DNA of 64,000 bases from Dudresnaya verticillata. Lineage: Eukaryota. A program made the position numbers and the translations under genes. The notes beneath the pieces are model-generated. The model was not told the origin of the DNA and ran no database searches. It worked only from the letters and a program-made list of their open reading frames with translations. Location: NCBI GenBank assembly GCA_977862235.1, contig OZ374558.1, positions 310,001 to 374,000 of the forward strand, in the 5' to 3' direction. This document shows positions 47,139-60,166 of this stretch, piece by piece (within the stretch, counting starts at the first letter, position 1; the number at the start of each line of letters is the position of its first letter).

Positions 47139-50100
47139 CTATTCCGGTTCGGCGAAGCGTACTCGACGAGTTGATCGCCGAAGGCGTTGGCCTTGGGCCT
47201 TGGACGCTCGATCAGCGGTAAGTGTATTGTTGCGTCGTGAGACGAGTCCATCGCTTGCAGCGCCTTGCTTCGTGCTTGCACGGTTAACGTCTTCGTTATC
47301 GGACGCGCTTTCAGCGGAGACATTGCTCTCATTCGGCGGTGCCGTAGCGACGTGTTCCAAACGGGTGCGGACCCCTGGGGTATTGTCGTCGTTGGAGACG
47401 GATTGCGAAGCGCGGTCGTCGGGATCGGCGGCGAAGGGCGAAAGCTCTGCCAACCCACGACTGCGTGACGCTGTGATCGTACGCTCTTGCGGATCTCCCG
47501 CAGTATGCGAAGTCTCTGCGTCCCCCTCCGGGTCCGCTGGTGGCGTGCTTGGGGTAGTCGTCCCTTCGTCTTGTGACGTGGGGGCGACTGCTTCCTGCTC
47601 CTCAGGCGGGCCGGGTGGTACGACGATTGGAGGGGCCGCCTGACCCGGTGGGGTCGGCGCCCAGACCACGCGGTCTCGGGACAAACGTTCCCGCTCATCA
47701 CGTCCCTTGTCGACGGTTACCGTCTCGTTATCAACGTGAGTTACCCGGTATGGTCCATCCGCCACTGGCGCCAGCTTATGCTTACGCTCTGCGCGATCCG
47801 TGCTCCCGCTTCGGGCGAAGTATTCCTTACATATGAATAAGAAGTCGCCTACGGCGATTGCTTCCTTCGATTTCCTTAATCGGGTATCGAAGTTTCGTTT
47901 GTAACGTGCTTGAGTTTTCTCTAACGACGCTTTAGCGGTCCCCATCAGTGCGGCCAGCCAGGTTCGCCACTTGGTGTAGTATTGCCCCGCGGTGGGTACG
48001 CTTTCGAGCGACGGTTCCGCTTCGAGCGACAATGGCCGTGGTGGCTTAGACAGCACCAATTCAAACGGGGCGAGATGCGTAGACGAATGCAACTGTGTGT
48101 TGTATGCGAACGTCAAGGCATCCGTGAACAGGTCCCAGTCTCTCGGATGATCCGCAACGTAGTGACGCAGCGAGGCCAGGATAGTTCGATTGAATCGTTC
48201 TACCTGGCCATTGCATTGCGGATGGTACGTCGTGGTGAAGAGATTCTCCACTCCCAAAAGACGGCAGATATCCTGAAACAGCTTAGCCACAAACTGTGGT
48301 CCGTTGTCGGACAACAGTTTCTTTGGAGGACCGTACACGAAGACCCAATGTCGTACAAACGCCTTAGCGATTTCCAATGCCGTAATACTACGCAGTGGGA
48401 CCGTCCGGACCAGCTTCGAGAAGCGGTCCACAATGACGAGTAGGAACTTGTTTCCTCGCTTCGTGCGTATGAGTTCGCCCAGGATGTCGATCGATACAAA
48501 TTCGAGAGGCTCGGTTGCCGGGAACAACTTCAATTGCTTGGTGTTCTTTCGTAGCAATACGAGATTCTTAGCGCAAGTTACGCAGTTGCGGACGGTCGCA
48601 TAGCAGTCCACTTGCATCGATGGCCAATATTTTTCGCGTCGAAACGTATGATACAACTTACGCCCCCCTGGGTGCCCTGCGAACTTGGCGTGGTGCCGGG
48701 GGTGGAGTAAGCGAGCGCGTAACGCGGAGGGTACGACCACTTGCGGACGGAATTCCACGGTTCGGACCAACAGGCCCTGTTCATCCGTTGCGAACGGTAA
48801 GATGATCCCGTCATCCAGACGTTTCCTGACATCGTTACAGTATTTTTCATCGCCTTGGGCGTGTACCAACTCCTCATGCGTCACTTGACAAAGGAGTACC
48901 TCATCCGCCGGTGGCGTGTTGTTGATCAACACTTGATCGAACTCTTCGAACTCTCGTTCGGCGAAGTCGACCTCGCCTTCGGCGTCTGACAGATCGTCCT
49001 GTGACGTTTGATGGCCGTCTTCGACGTAGCTTCCGTGATAGCACGGTATATCATCGTCAATGGGCTCGACGGTTTCTCCCTTCGTCTGTAGACGCGAAAG
49101 GGCATCTGCCTGGGTATTCAGGTACCCCTTTTTGTACTTCACGACAAAATCGAACTCGGAAAGGCGAAGGCGCCACCGCATTAACCGTCCAGAGGGGTCG
49201 CTGATTTCCATCAGCCACCTCAACGACGAATGGTCCGTATGGACTGTGAACGACTCCATCTGGAGGTAAGGTCGCAGCGTCATGACGGACCATACTACTG
49301 CGAGGCACTCCTTTTCGGAGACCGAGTAGTTACGCTCTGGAGTGGTGAGCGAGCGGGGCCAGAAGCCGAGCGGCTTACGTTCCCCGTCGGGCTGCGTCTG
49401 AAAGAGAGCGCAGCCGACCTGATACTCGCTTGCGTCACAATCGACGGAATAGGGGAGACCCTGCTGTGGTAGCGCCAGTATAGGCGGATGAGTCACGGCC
49501 TCGACGAGCGTACTGAACGCTTTGGCTTGTGTCTCATCAAATGGTTGTAACCGGAAGTCCTGTTCCTTCCTCAGCAACTTGTTGAGGGGGGCAGCGACAT
49601 GCGCGTATCGCGAGACGAACCGTCTGTAGACGTTACAAAGACCGAGGAAACTCCGTAGCTCCTTCTGATCCCGTGGATGCTTGGCTTCGCGTAGCGCGGC
49701 AGTGGCAGTTCGGTCAACTTCTAACCGTCCTGGACGTATGAAGTGTCCTAAGTAGTTGACGGTCGGGGTGAAGAAGTCACACTTGGTCAACTTCAGAGTC
49801 ACCCCGGCGCGGTGCAATGTCGAAAGGATCTCGTCAACATGACGGAAGTGACTGTCGATGTCGCTGGAGAAGATTATTACATCATCGAGGTAGACGAGAC
49901 ACGAACGCCACTTGTAACCAGCGAGCAGTATGTCCAACGTTCGTTGAAATGTAGCGGGTGCGTTCGTGAGACCGAATGGCATACGCTTATAGCGGAACAG
50001 TCCGGCGTGGCACGTGAACGCAGTCTTATCGCGGTCTCGCGGATTGATCGGCACTTGCCAGTACCCACTGTTGCAGTCTAGGGTGGTGAAGGCGTTTGCT

Positions 50101-50437
50101 TCCCCTAGACTATCGATGCATTCGTCGATACGCGGCAGTGGGTACGTGTCCCGTACGGTTACTGCGTTTAAACGACGGTAGTCCACGCAAAAGCGGAGGG
50201 TGCCGTCCTTCTTGGGGGCGAAGACCACTGGTGACGCCCACGGCGATTGTGCGGGTTCGATAACCCTTGACGCAGCATGCGGTCCACTTCCGCTTGAGCG
50301 AGTTGTCTTTGCTTCGGCCCCGCTCGGTAGGGTGGGGACGATATCGGTCTAGAGCCGGGAAGCAAGTCGATGTAGTGCTCCGTGGTTGAGATTTCTCCCA
50401 ACGAACCATCCCACATAGACGAATACTTGCGCAACAT
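47139..50437 (-). CDS. pol: Element 4 pol: RT, RNase H, integrase, long low-complexity linker
   Basis: PKKDGTLRFCVDYRRLN, MPFGLTNAPATFQR, YLDD, DCDAS, TDHSSL, GHPG..CVTC, TTTYHPQCNGQVERFNR, GPY. Frameshift near 50260. Confidence 0.95.
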
Positions 50438-50611
50438 CTCCTTAAGCCGGCCTTGATGCTCGGCGGGGAGATGTCCCAGGTCTAAATCGTCTGCTGACAG
50501 AGGTTTGGCAGTGGTTGCTTCGATAGACTTCGTGAAAGTATCCGGCTGTGCCGTAGTGTTATCGTTCGTTTGAAAACGGAAATCTTGGTTTGCCTTCTCC
50601 TCCTCGGCCTG

Positions 50612-51394
50612 TTACTCTGTGAGGCCCAAAACATCGGCAAGACTTACGTGACTGGGGAACACTGCTGTCGGATGTGGTAACACCGTCGCGACGACTTGGC
50701 CTTTGGCCAGCGCCTGCGGGCGGGGAGAGAAGTTAGCAACCAGAATGCGAAACGCTTTTAGCGGCTCCACTTGAGCAATCCCGTTCGTAACGGCCAGACC
50801 TTGTTTGTCGTACAGCATTCCGAACGGTTGAATTGTGATGATGCCGGCGCGCTCGGTGGTCACCGATACCCATTGCTGCGCCTTAGGCGGGATTATCGCG
50901 CGCTCGGCGACTCGGAGCTTGGGTGACGTCCTCCCTTCGGCCTTGCCGTATTCCTGTTCCGTTGGTAACGGAGGGTACGACGGGGGTCGGCGCAGCGGGC
51001 GGCGCGTTATAGGGACACGAGTCCCGTCATCCAATTCAACCTCGCGACTTCGCGGATATATTGCGTCGACGAAGCGGTCGCAAAAGTTGCAGCCGAGTAT
51101 AACAGGCGCAGCGAGTCGTTCGCAAACGATCAGTTCCAACTTGACGACTCTCCATCCTAGACGAACGACCAGGTCGATTGTACCTCTTGTCTGGATCGCC
51201 TTATTATTGGCGTCGGCTATGACGGGGAGGCTCTTCGTCACGATGCGCGATCGCGCTTCCAGCGGAATGTCGTCAATGCGAATGAAATTCGGACCAGCCC
51301 CCGTGTCGAGGACAGTGAGTTTACGTGCCAAGGTACTAACGGTTGCGCCCAAATCGGCGTACACCTTATAGTTCCTCTTGGCCATCACTAACAA
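50612..51394 (-). CDS. Element 4 aspartic protease region
   Basis: VLDTGAGPNFI and VILGCNF motifs. In-frame stop at 50612. Confidence 0.9.
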   Translation of the reverse strand: MLVMAKRNYKVYADLGATVSTLARKLTVLDTGAGPNFIRIDDIPLEARSRIVTKSLPVIADANNKAIQTRGTIDLVVRLGWRVVKLELIVCERLAAPVILGCNFCDRFVDAIYPRSREVELDDGTRVPITRRPLRRPPSYPPLPTEQEYGKAEGRTSPKLRVAERAIIPPKAQQWVSVTTERAGIITIQPFGMLYDKQGLAVTNGIAQVEPLKAFRILVANFSPRPQALAKGQVVATVLPHPTAVFPSHVSLADVLGLTE

Positions 51395-51578
51395 CTGCCC
51401 TTGCGCCCGGGGGGGCTGGTATCTTCGCCATGGGCGTTTTAATGACGTCTGTGACGACTCTATCCGCCCGTTGGCGTCTTTGGTAACTAACTCCGCGGGC
51501 CCTCCTTCCGTGTCAGCACCCGAGGCCTAGGCCTCTCGTCGTGGTGCGACACTGCAGTGTCAGAAGTTGGTGACCGAG

Positions 51579-54141
51579 TTAGTTTTTCGCCTGCGGCGGT
51601 GGTTGTGGCGCTTCATAGCGATTGATCATCGTCGGATGACGTTCTGCCGCGTGCGGCGTGGGTCCGCCTCGTGGCGATTGTGGTCGTGCAGCACGGCGAG
51701 CAGCGTCGCGGGTCGCGCGTTCCTTGCAACGTACATACGCATCAGCGGGGACACCAGCCTTCTCGGCTTCGGTTAGTCCTTCATAGTTGGAAATAAACTT
51801 CATGAAGTCGCTCATGCGGAGGAATCAGTCCGGCGCGATGTGTCCGCGGGCGTAGCATTGGTGGCATACCAGCTGCCGACGCGCGTCTTGACGGGGCGGG
51901 ACTCTGTCCTGCCATCCGGGCCTTGCTCGGGACGTGAGGAGCATACTCGGAATAGGGGACGCGTGGCGCTGGTACGAACGAGCGCCCAAAGGCGAGAGCA
52001 GGGTTCATATCCCTTTCGTCTTCGTCATCGACGTAGCTGTCCGTCGGTAGAGCCGAGGTTGGCACCGACGCTTGCTCGTCTGCCAAGTACAGATCGCCTT
52101 CGGCGTGTGTTTCCATGTCATCGACAGGGCGACTAACGTCTCGAAACTCGACGGAGGACTCCGCTATCATAGCGTGCGCTCCAGGCTTGGTGCGTCTCGT
52201 CTGTGGACGCAGTACCCCTCGGGCATCGCCGATGGCGGATCGCGGTGTGCGTACGGCTTGAGCCCGTGTCATTAGGTCACGTCGGGCTGACGCGGAACCG
52301 GCCCTGCCGTGTCGTGCGCGGTTGGCATCCCCTTCGTCTTGTGCGAAGGGGACCAGCCGCTCAAATGACAACTCCGCCCTTGGCGTTTCTTCTCGGAAGC
52401 GAGCGACCAGGGACCTGATCGACGGGTCTAACCCGTCGATGTACAGCGTCATCTTTTCCCAATCGGGATATACGTTACCGCAAAGAATACACGCACCGGC
52501 TAGCCGCATCCCATAGGTCGTCTCGTCCTCGGCTTGCTTTTGGGCAGTCGACCGTAGGGCGAGGACAGCGTCCCTGATCGTCGCTGGCGTAGCATACGTA
52601 CGGAGGAGGTACTGTACCGCCTCCGGATACGAAGACACCCCGACGCGATGGCGAGAAGACGTCGACTTGACGGAGCGGAATTGCGTGGCTGCCGTATCTC
52701 GCAAGAAGTACGGCAGCGCGACGAACGCTTGGGCTTCGCTCATCTCCAGCGTATCGGCTTCATCCGCGTAACGCGTGAGGAACTCGAGGACCATGACGGG
52801 GTCGCTGCCGTTGAAGGCGGCGTCCTTCATGGTCAGCTCCAAACGCTTGATATGGTCCTTGACCTTACCCGTATCGCGCCCTGAGCGTTTTTGCCCTACG
52901 TCTTTGAGACGGTACGTCCTGTACGATAATAACTGATCGAAAAGGGGGTTGGAGGGGCGTAGCTCCTTCAACCCCTTGAACCGCTTTCCGCGAGGTCTTG
53001 CGGCACTGCCGAGAGTTGGAAAGTCGTCGTCTTCAGACGAAGAGTCTGATGACTCTCCGTCACGTGACGAGTCCGAAGAGGACGAGGATGAGTCCCCTCG
53101 TCGATGACGATTCTTCTTCCGTCTCTGAGGCAGCTTGCGTCGGCGTTTCTTCCGATCCTTACGTCTGTGACGATCTTCGCATGAGCTCTCGTCATCCGAC
53201 GGTGGACCATTGCGCCACTTGGCGGTTTCGAGACGCTCTAAGCGAGTCGCAAGTCGCTGAAAGCGTTCGCGTGAGCTAAGCTCGGAATGCGAATGAACCG
53301 TTACTGCCGGCGGTGGTTGTGTACCCTCGCCTTGGGCGTTTTGGTTCGTCAATAGACGGTCGAGGTCGGATCGAAGTCCTTGCAGGGCGCCGTTCCGATC
53401 CTCTTCCAACGTCTGTAGACGACTTGCGATTCCTCCGACACTGTCGTCCAGCAACCCGGCGAATCGAGCGAGCATCGCATCGTCCTCTAAGACGCACACC
53501 TCTCGGATCCGTTCGAGTGGTATCGTTAAGTTACTCACGCGGACGGCCGAGGGTGACGCCGTTGGCGGTTGGCTTTCGCGGTTTGACCGGTCGGGCGTCC
53601 CTTGCGCCCTTTGACTTGGCGACTTCGGCTTAGCCGGTGAACAACCGGCACTGCCGTGGGGAGTGGGGCAACATGCCCCGTGTGTCAATGGTTCTTCAAC
53701 GACGTTGCGCTCCGCGGAGTGCCCTTGGTAGTCGTTGACGTGGTTGGTTGGTTGATCCGGAAGCTCCGGTTGTCCCTCGACGATGTCGGCTTGTGTTCCG
53801 TCTACGACGTCCTGTTGCTCGGCTTGTACTGTATCAGCCGAGTCAACATAGGAGCGGTAGGTGCGGAGGGCCGATCCCTCGGGGACTGAGGTGCGGACGA
53901 CGACGGGGTTGTGGTGCGTCGGCGGGGGAGGTAACTCTCCTCCGTTGAGCGACGCGTGGGAGCCTGCGTGGCCGTGGCCCGGGGGTAGCGTCGGGAACGC
54001 CGACGCGATCTCGGGGCTCACGAGGCGCCCAGACCTCGTTGTCATCCGCTGTAGCGACCGTTCTGACGCGGGTACACTCCCAGGCGTCGAAGACGGTCTT
54101 CTTGAACTTGGGCCTCGCGACGGCGGCGGTCGTGAGGCCAT
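51579..54141 (-). CDS. gag: Element 4 gag (frameshift ~51930, stop codon in the Zn knuckle)
   Basis: 786-aa ORF with FNGSDPV.VLEFL..LPYFL..YLLRTYAT..YIDGL. An alternate frame reads CHQCYARGHIAPD* and ends ..PPPQAKN at 51579. Confidence 0.88.
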
Positions 54142-54252
54142 GATACAATCGTAGAGTTGCTTGAACGTCGTGGACGATTAGCGACAAACGTCTGAAGACG
54201 GAGGGTCGGACATCGCACGACGGAGTAACTCTCTGAAACGTAGCACAATTCT

Positions 54253-54266
54253 ACGTCGGGAGACCA
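54253..54266 (-). promoter_or_regulatory. Primer binding site of element 4 (TGGTCTCCCGAC..., probably tRNA-Tyr)
   Basis: Starts with TGG 2 nt after the 5' LTR. The complement ...CGGGAGACCA matches the 3' end of yeast-type tRNA-Tyr as recalled, not searched. Confidence 0.7.
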
Positions 54267-54268
54267 GA

Positions 54269-55168
54269 TGTGGTGCAAAACGTCTAAGACGATAGACCGC
54301 CGAGCAGTTCGGGGCTCGGTGGGTAGCTGCGCCCTCGGCGATGGGTGGTCCCGCCGTGGGCGACTTGTTGGTAGAGCAAAGGAACACGCCTTGGGCGGAC
54401 TGTAAACGCCCGAGGCGGAAAGTGTGAAGGAAGGGAAACAGAAAGGGAACACGTCAAGGACGATGGTAGACGTGGAAGCACGGGAGGTAGACGCTTAGCC
54501 GTAGGCAGCGGTAGGGTACGCGCGTGCCGGGGAAGTCTGGACCAAGGCCGGATTGCCCGGGCGTTTACTGTTACGTCTGGGACGGCTTACCTAAGTATAG
54601 TACGGCGGTGCGGCGGCGGCGGCGCGTGTGCGTAGCGCGGGAACTCGGGACACGTGTCGTCCCGAGGCGCGTCTGACAGATCACCGGTTGCATGCAGCCG
54701 CGCGCCTGACAGGTTGCCGTGCAACCCCCTGTATGGGTGCTTACACACACACGTGGACGCGTGTGCCTTACAGCCGTGCGCGCGCGCATACTGTAGAGCG
54801 TGCGCCTTGGATCTAATCCGATACTTGTCCGATCCCGATCCCATCCGGATCGGACCAGCAATGCGAATACCCGCAGCCTTACAGGCGCGGATCTTACAGC
54901 TTAGGCGATCCGGATAGCCAATCTGGATACCGGATCCGGATCCCATCTGGATCCGTATTACAGTGTCCCGGGGTGCCACGTCGGCCCATCACCGTACAGC
55001 GTCCGCGTGGCGCGCGGCGCGCAGTGTGCGCGCGCGCCACAGTGAGCCGTCGATGACGTGTTCCCGCGCCAACGGCGGTGGTGAGCGCCGGTGGCGGTTT
55101 CTCCGTCGGTCGACGTATTTGGTCTGCCCGCTCTCAGCGAAAAAGGGCTTACCTCCCCTTGCACCACA
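54269..55168 (-). repeat. 5' LTR of element 4
   Basis: Direct repeat of 41842-42745. Confidence 0.96.
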
Positions 55169-55173
55169 GATAC

Positions 55174-55507
55174 CGCCCTGCAGCCTTTAGAACTGCCGGC
55201 GCTGCTGTACAGCTCAGCGAACAACCCCAGTGGGCTCATTACCAGGATCGTGGAGGATCTTCTCACTGCGGAAGACATGGATTTTACTCCTATTGGAATT
55301 GATTCATACGGCGCACTCGGACCGGACGCCCGTGAAGCTATTTACAGAATTGGTAACTATGCTACTGCAACGAAAGATATCAACAGTGCCGACGAATCTT
55401 GTCTCCTTACTTTCCGCCTGGTCACCCGCAGCCTCCGCTCCCAAACCCTCGCCGTGAACCGGAGTCGTATCTGCCTTCATCATTGTAGACAAGAAGGTGG
55501 CTGGTAG
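55174..55507 (+). pseudogene. RLE-type non-LTR remnant, right half
   Basis: FTPIGIDSYGALGPDAREAI...LAVNR, homologous to FQPLGFDIHGGIGPECRTAL...LAVNRR in the 56200-57019 copy. Confidence 0.75.
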
Positions 55508-56199
55508 GGCGCCAATGACCTATCATCTTAGAGAGCTCTCCATCACTCTCTCCTGATACGGTAGGACACACAGTTCGTTCTTCTGCCCTCATACAGAAGT
55601 TAGAAGATCGTGTCAAAAGAGCCCGACTTCTCTCCTGTGCACAGCAATACCATGGTATTTTGGAATCTCGAATGGCCTTTACCGCATTCCCCGATCCATG
55701 TTGATGGTATAGTGTATGTGCAGTGGTCGCGCATAGGAATTCCTGGTACGTGTCAGGAGTGGCACAGCTACAACAAGAGTTGTCAGGAACTGATTTGGAT
55801 GACAGGAACCATTCGAGAGATGTAATGTTTGCATCTGAATTTTGATGAAGACATAATGGGAGCTTCCAGGAAGGACCAGGAAGTGATTCCTAAATTCACG
55901 TTGACAGAACCTGAGGAATGAATTGTCTGTCAGGAGATCTCGTAAAGGTCTCCTCGACTAGTGAAATCAAGCGGGTCAATAGATAGTACTTTACGTTGGG
56001 TAGTGTAGAGTGACAATGGAACGCGTTTTATGTTCCTGGCGCGACTCCTACCACGTTCGTGGCGCGCAGGACAGGGGGAGTTCAGTTTAGGCAGGTTTCC
56101 CTGAACTCAAAAGTGCATATGAGTACCTTCAAGACTTGCACAAGTAAACAATAAGATAACACAGAACATCACCAGCTCCTGGACATCGCCAACCAGTTT

Positions 56200-57019
56200 T
56201 ACCGCTATCTCCTCCACGCCCATCAGGGTTCCTTCTGGGGTCTCGCTAATCTCAAAGATCCACGCCGAGGCACCTCTGTGTCAGCTGCTATATGGGCTAC
56301 CATGATCGATTTGCGTTTGGGCGCACCTGTATTTGCGCCAGATCTACCTTGTTCTGCTTGTCTCTCCGTTTCTGGTCGCGTGCTTTCCCTTGACCGTTTG
56401 GGTATCTTTCTTCGACATGTCCCTGTGCCCATGGGTCCACTCGTCGTCACAATTTCATTAGGGATCTCCCCTTTTCTCGTCTCCGTCACCAGTCTATCGG
56501 GTTTTATGTCACGAGAGAGCAGTCGTTTCATTTCCAGGACGATCTTCGACGATTGGACTTCGTGTTGGATGATCCTGCCTTTTCTGATTCATTCATTGGT
56601 TATGACCTTACTATTGTTGCTTCCTCTACTGCTCGCGCTGTGTCCAAGGCATCTACAATTCCTACAGGGGCCGCCCAAGTCGCTGAACGGGACAAGCATC
56701 GCAAGTACCGCACCGCTTGTGCAGCACATTGTATTACGTTTCAGCCGCTGGGCTTTGATATTCACGGTGGCATTGGCCCCGAATGCCGTACCGCACTCCA
56801 AAAGCTCGCTGCTTTCCTGGCCACGCACCGGGGAACAAATCTTACTACTGAATACCATTCGTTAGTTGCACCACTGGTTTCCCGCATTCTCCACCTCACC
56901 GCCCTCGCCGTGAATCGCCGACGTCCCGTTAGTCCTGTCCTTCCAGTTGTCATCAGCGGCTAGGTCATTAGGGTTTCCGCTGTTCGTCTTGCTTCAATAA
57001 AGTTGTGATGATGATGATG
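56200..57019 (+). mobile_element. 5'-truncated RLE-type (CRE-like) non-LTR retrotransposon
   Basis: LRLGAP..CSAC..LD..C..G..RRHN.IRD knuckle, RLDF..GYDLTI..AERDKHRKY..FQPLGFDIHGG endonuclease. Stop 56963, AATAAA 56996-57001, (TGA)n tail 57006-57019. Confidence 0.85.
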
Positions 57020-57351
57020 CCCTCACACGGCCCTCACCCTTCCCCGCGCACGACCATGACGACAGGCTGTGCAGGACGAATGGCAAGCGTGGGCTATGCC
57101 ATAATCAGCCAATCACCATACATAACCTAAATTGACAATGTCGTGTTTTTCGCAGAAAATGCCGCAGGTTTTTGTGTTACTTCTTCCAAGCTCATTCTTT
57201 ACCAAAACCTTCTTCCACGCTTGTCGTTGCTCCTAGCTAGACAGGCGGGAACCACCTTTTCGATAACTGTCCGACTGCGAGTCCGCCTGGACTTCTGCTG
57301 TCACCGAGAACAAGAGTCCTTTCGGAGTCATCAGTCTTCACGAGAGCAGGA

Positions 57352-58041
57352 ATGAAGGCAGCGCCTGGCATGCATGCTGAACCTGCTACAGATGTGTTTT
57401 CTACCACAGCAGCAGGGCAGCTTTCTGGAAGCAGCACAACCGCAGCACCTTCTGGAAATGTACAGGACGCAGAAGAATCCGTCGCAGCTGGGCCCTCAAA
57501 AGAGTTCGTGCCAACGACGCTGGTGTCCCCCCAGCACGCCGACGCGCACTACCTCGAGCCGGTTCACCCGCCCTCAGTACCACTGCAGCTGCAAAACAAC
57601 GTGTATCTTGCGGCGGGATACTACAAGGACCGGCACACGACGATAGAGGCGGTGCCAGAGTGGTGTGTAGAGACGCTGGAGGAGGCGACGAAGCGGCTGA
57701 TTGCGCTCAAGGGTAAGGTGAATGAGCTGCAGGCAAGGCGGAAGCGCTTCTGGAAGAAGAACGCCGGTGGCGTTGTGTTCGTGGCGCTCACCGGCCCGGT
57801 TGGGCTTGCAGTACGAGGGGGACTTGCAATGCAGCACTCTCGGCTGATTGATAGGGCGAAGAATGCTATTCGGGAGTGCCTCGGGCAGATTGTAGAGTTG
57901 AGAGGGAGGTTTGGAGATGGGACCGGATGGAAGGAGGCAGAAGAGATTGTGCGCATCGATGAGAAGATCTTTAGGCTTGCGACTGTCCCTGATGGTGGGA
58001 AGACCGAGGCTGCGAGGTCGCCCGGTCCTAAGGCGGGCTGA
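57352..58041 (+). CDS. Hypothetical protein, 229 aa (helical/coiled-coil C-terminal half with a short hydrophobic segment)
   Basis: Intact ATG-TGA ORF with protein-like composition outside recognisable TEs. Confidence 0.6.
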   Translation: MKAAPGMHAEPATDVFSTTAAGQLSGSSTTAAPSGNVQDAEESVAAGPSKEFVPTTLVSPQHADAHYLEPVHPPSVPLQLQNNVYLAAGYYKDRHTTIEAVPEWCVETLEEATKRLIALKGKVNELQARRKRFWKKNAGGVVFVALTGPVGLAVRGGLAMQHSRLIDRAKNAIRECLGQIVELRGRFGDGTGWKEAEEIVRIDEKIFRLATVPDGGKTEAARSPGPKAG

Positions 58042-59099
58042 ACCTAGTTACATGAGACACTTCTTCTACACAAGAGAAGGGAAACTTTTGAACAAGAGTA
58101 GAGAATTGCATAGCAAAGGATAGAGGGAACGCTACATGAGAAACACTCTACTTCATGCAAGCACCACCCTCAAGCAATGAAAAGGAAATGTAGCCTTTAT
58201 TCTTAAAGACCCGCTTCATTCAGAAATGAGTAATGCAAAGAAAGTCTATTTCTGCATTGTTTTGCCAGGTCTGCATGACCAGAATGGACGGTAACTTGTG
58301 AACTTAAAGTCTGTGTGAAAAGGAGCGGGTGGGTGGGAGAAAGGACGGAACTTACCACGGTAGATTGGTGGCTCTAGGACTGTTATTGTCCTTATATGGA
58401 GGCCTCGAACATTCTGCGTTGGTCCTGTTCTCGTCGGCTTGAGCGCATTCATCCTGATGGCATATCGGGATTGCTCATACGATATATATAACAGAGTATC
58501 GACGAAAGTATCGTTGATCGCTTATGATCGATAAACCGTAGAACGATCGGCATTGCTCTCTATCCTTAGTAGTACCTTTTCATTTCCGTACAGGCTTTAC
58601 AGAACACGAAAAAGGAGTATCTAGCAGCTCTGGGGCACAAATTTTGCCTTGTAAGGCTGTCCGCCATTCGGTCAGAAGGCTAGCATGGAGGGCCCTCTTT
58701 GGAGGGATTCTATGGAGTGGAGGGGTGGGCTGGTAGAGCCCTGCAAGAACCCTGCACGCAGGGGTCTTGTGGTCACCTCCGGTCTTATTCCTGGGCGCTT
58801 TCGCCATCTTGAAGACCCTGATAAGACCGTTCACAAACGCGTTTCGAAGGAGAGGCACCGACATGGGGATCCCCGTGTCTCTGGGACGGGAGAGCGGGAT
58901 CTGCCATACCAAAAAACACAGGATCATAGGGCTCCGTAGTGGAATTTTCACATACGTCAGTGGGTCCTGTAGAGTACTCTCCAGCTTTGCACGAGCACAC
59001 ACCCGCGGGACTCGATCCCACGACCGCCATGGTGGACCAAGCAAAAAGAAACCACTAATTGCTAAAAACATATTGCCGCTTCTTTGTGGCTTTGCTTGA

Positions 59100-59550
59100 T
59101 GTAGTACTGTGGTGATCTCTACTTAAAATCCTACCTCAGTAGGTATCTGCAACCCTCCCATAAGCAGACCACCATTAGCCCTCCACCTTTCAGCTCAAGC
59201 TGGATTTCATAGTGCATGGTATTGCATCCGCACTCCATTGTACTGTACTTGAAAATAAATGGGCTCTCACCTTCCCTCGCCTCCGTAGTACGGTTACCGT
59301 ATTTAGAAGATGGTGTATGTATATTCGGTGGGGTCTGTGAATGAAGTACCTTTTCGTTCTACCCTAGTCGGATAGTCGTATCGGGCATAGTCTGCTGTAT
59401 ATTTTTTTTGGGTAGTGCTCCACCGTTTAGAGCCGAGACCAGTAGTGCCACATAAGTAGGGTAGGTCTCGGCGCACACAGTGGAGAAGGTACAAGTTATC
59501 AACCTCCGCAAAAGACTACTGATAGTATCATCTTTCGATACAGGTTCACG
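59100..59550 (+). mobile_element. Diverged LTR related to element 1 LTR, followed by decayed internal sequence
   Basis: 59350-59550 aligns with the reverse complement of 8008-~8200 and is followed by GAAATTTTTGTCC, like the element 1 leader. Left end (TGTAG at 59100) is tentative. Confidence 0.75.
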
Positions 59551-60166
59551 GAAATTTTTGTCCACAGGTCCACTAGTGGAATTCAGATTCCACTGCATAC
59601 GCTGGGATGTTCACCCAAACGGTAGACCTCTACGAAGGGCACGAACTCCTTGATTGAAAAGGCCCCCCTCACAAGTCTTGTCAGCTCCGCCCTGCAGTTC
59701 ATTGCTGTTAGTGTTAACCGTCGCCGTCTTACCAGGCTCCTTTGGACTCGGTTCCTTTGTACCTCCTGATTTGGGTTCCAGCAAAGTGAAGACCCCCCCA
59801 ATCGTAGAATGCCCTGGTGTGGTCCACCCAACTGCTGTAGGATGGAGGGTTCCTGTCTCTCCACATACCCGATCATGCCGGTCAGATGCGACCAGAGGAG
59901 AAACAGGAATGTAGGAAGCAGCGGCTGCGTGTGGAGAAAGGCTGGAGGGCATTGTCGAATGCTAGAGCGAGCTGCGGACAGGCCAGGGAATTTCAGTCGC
60001 CCTCACAAAAGAGGTTCGTACACTTGCCCAGTCGGGGGATCCATCATTCAGCGCATGGATGCCACAAGCGCGTTGCGCTTACAGGCTACGAAGTTCTTAC
60101 AGAATCTGTTGTCCACGCTGTTGACAGCCAAACCTTCCTTCGGCGTGAAGTAGGTGAGCGGAATTG

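Larger units (their letters stand above)
41842..55168 (-). mobile_element. Full-length 13.3-kb chromodomain Ty3/Gypsy element 4 with antisense accessory ORFs
   Basis: LTRs 41842-42745 and 54269-55168 (TGTGGTGCA..TGCACCACA, about 7 substitutions and 2 indels by eye). TSD GATAC at 41837-41841 and 55169-55173. PBS and PPT present. Confidence 0.97.
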
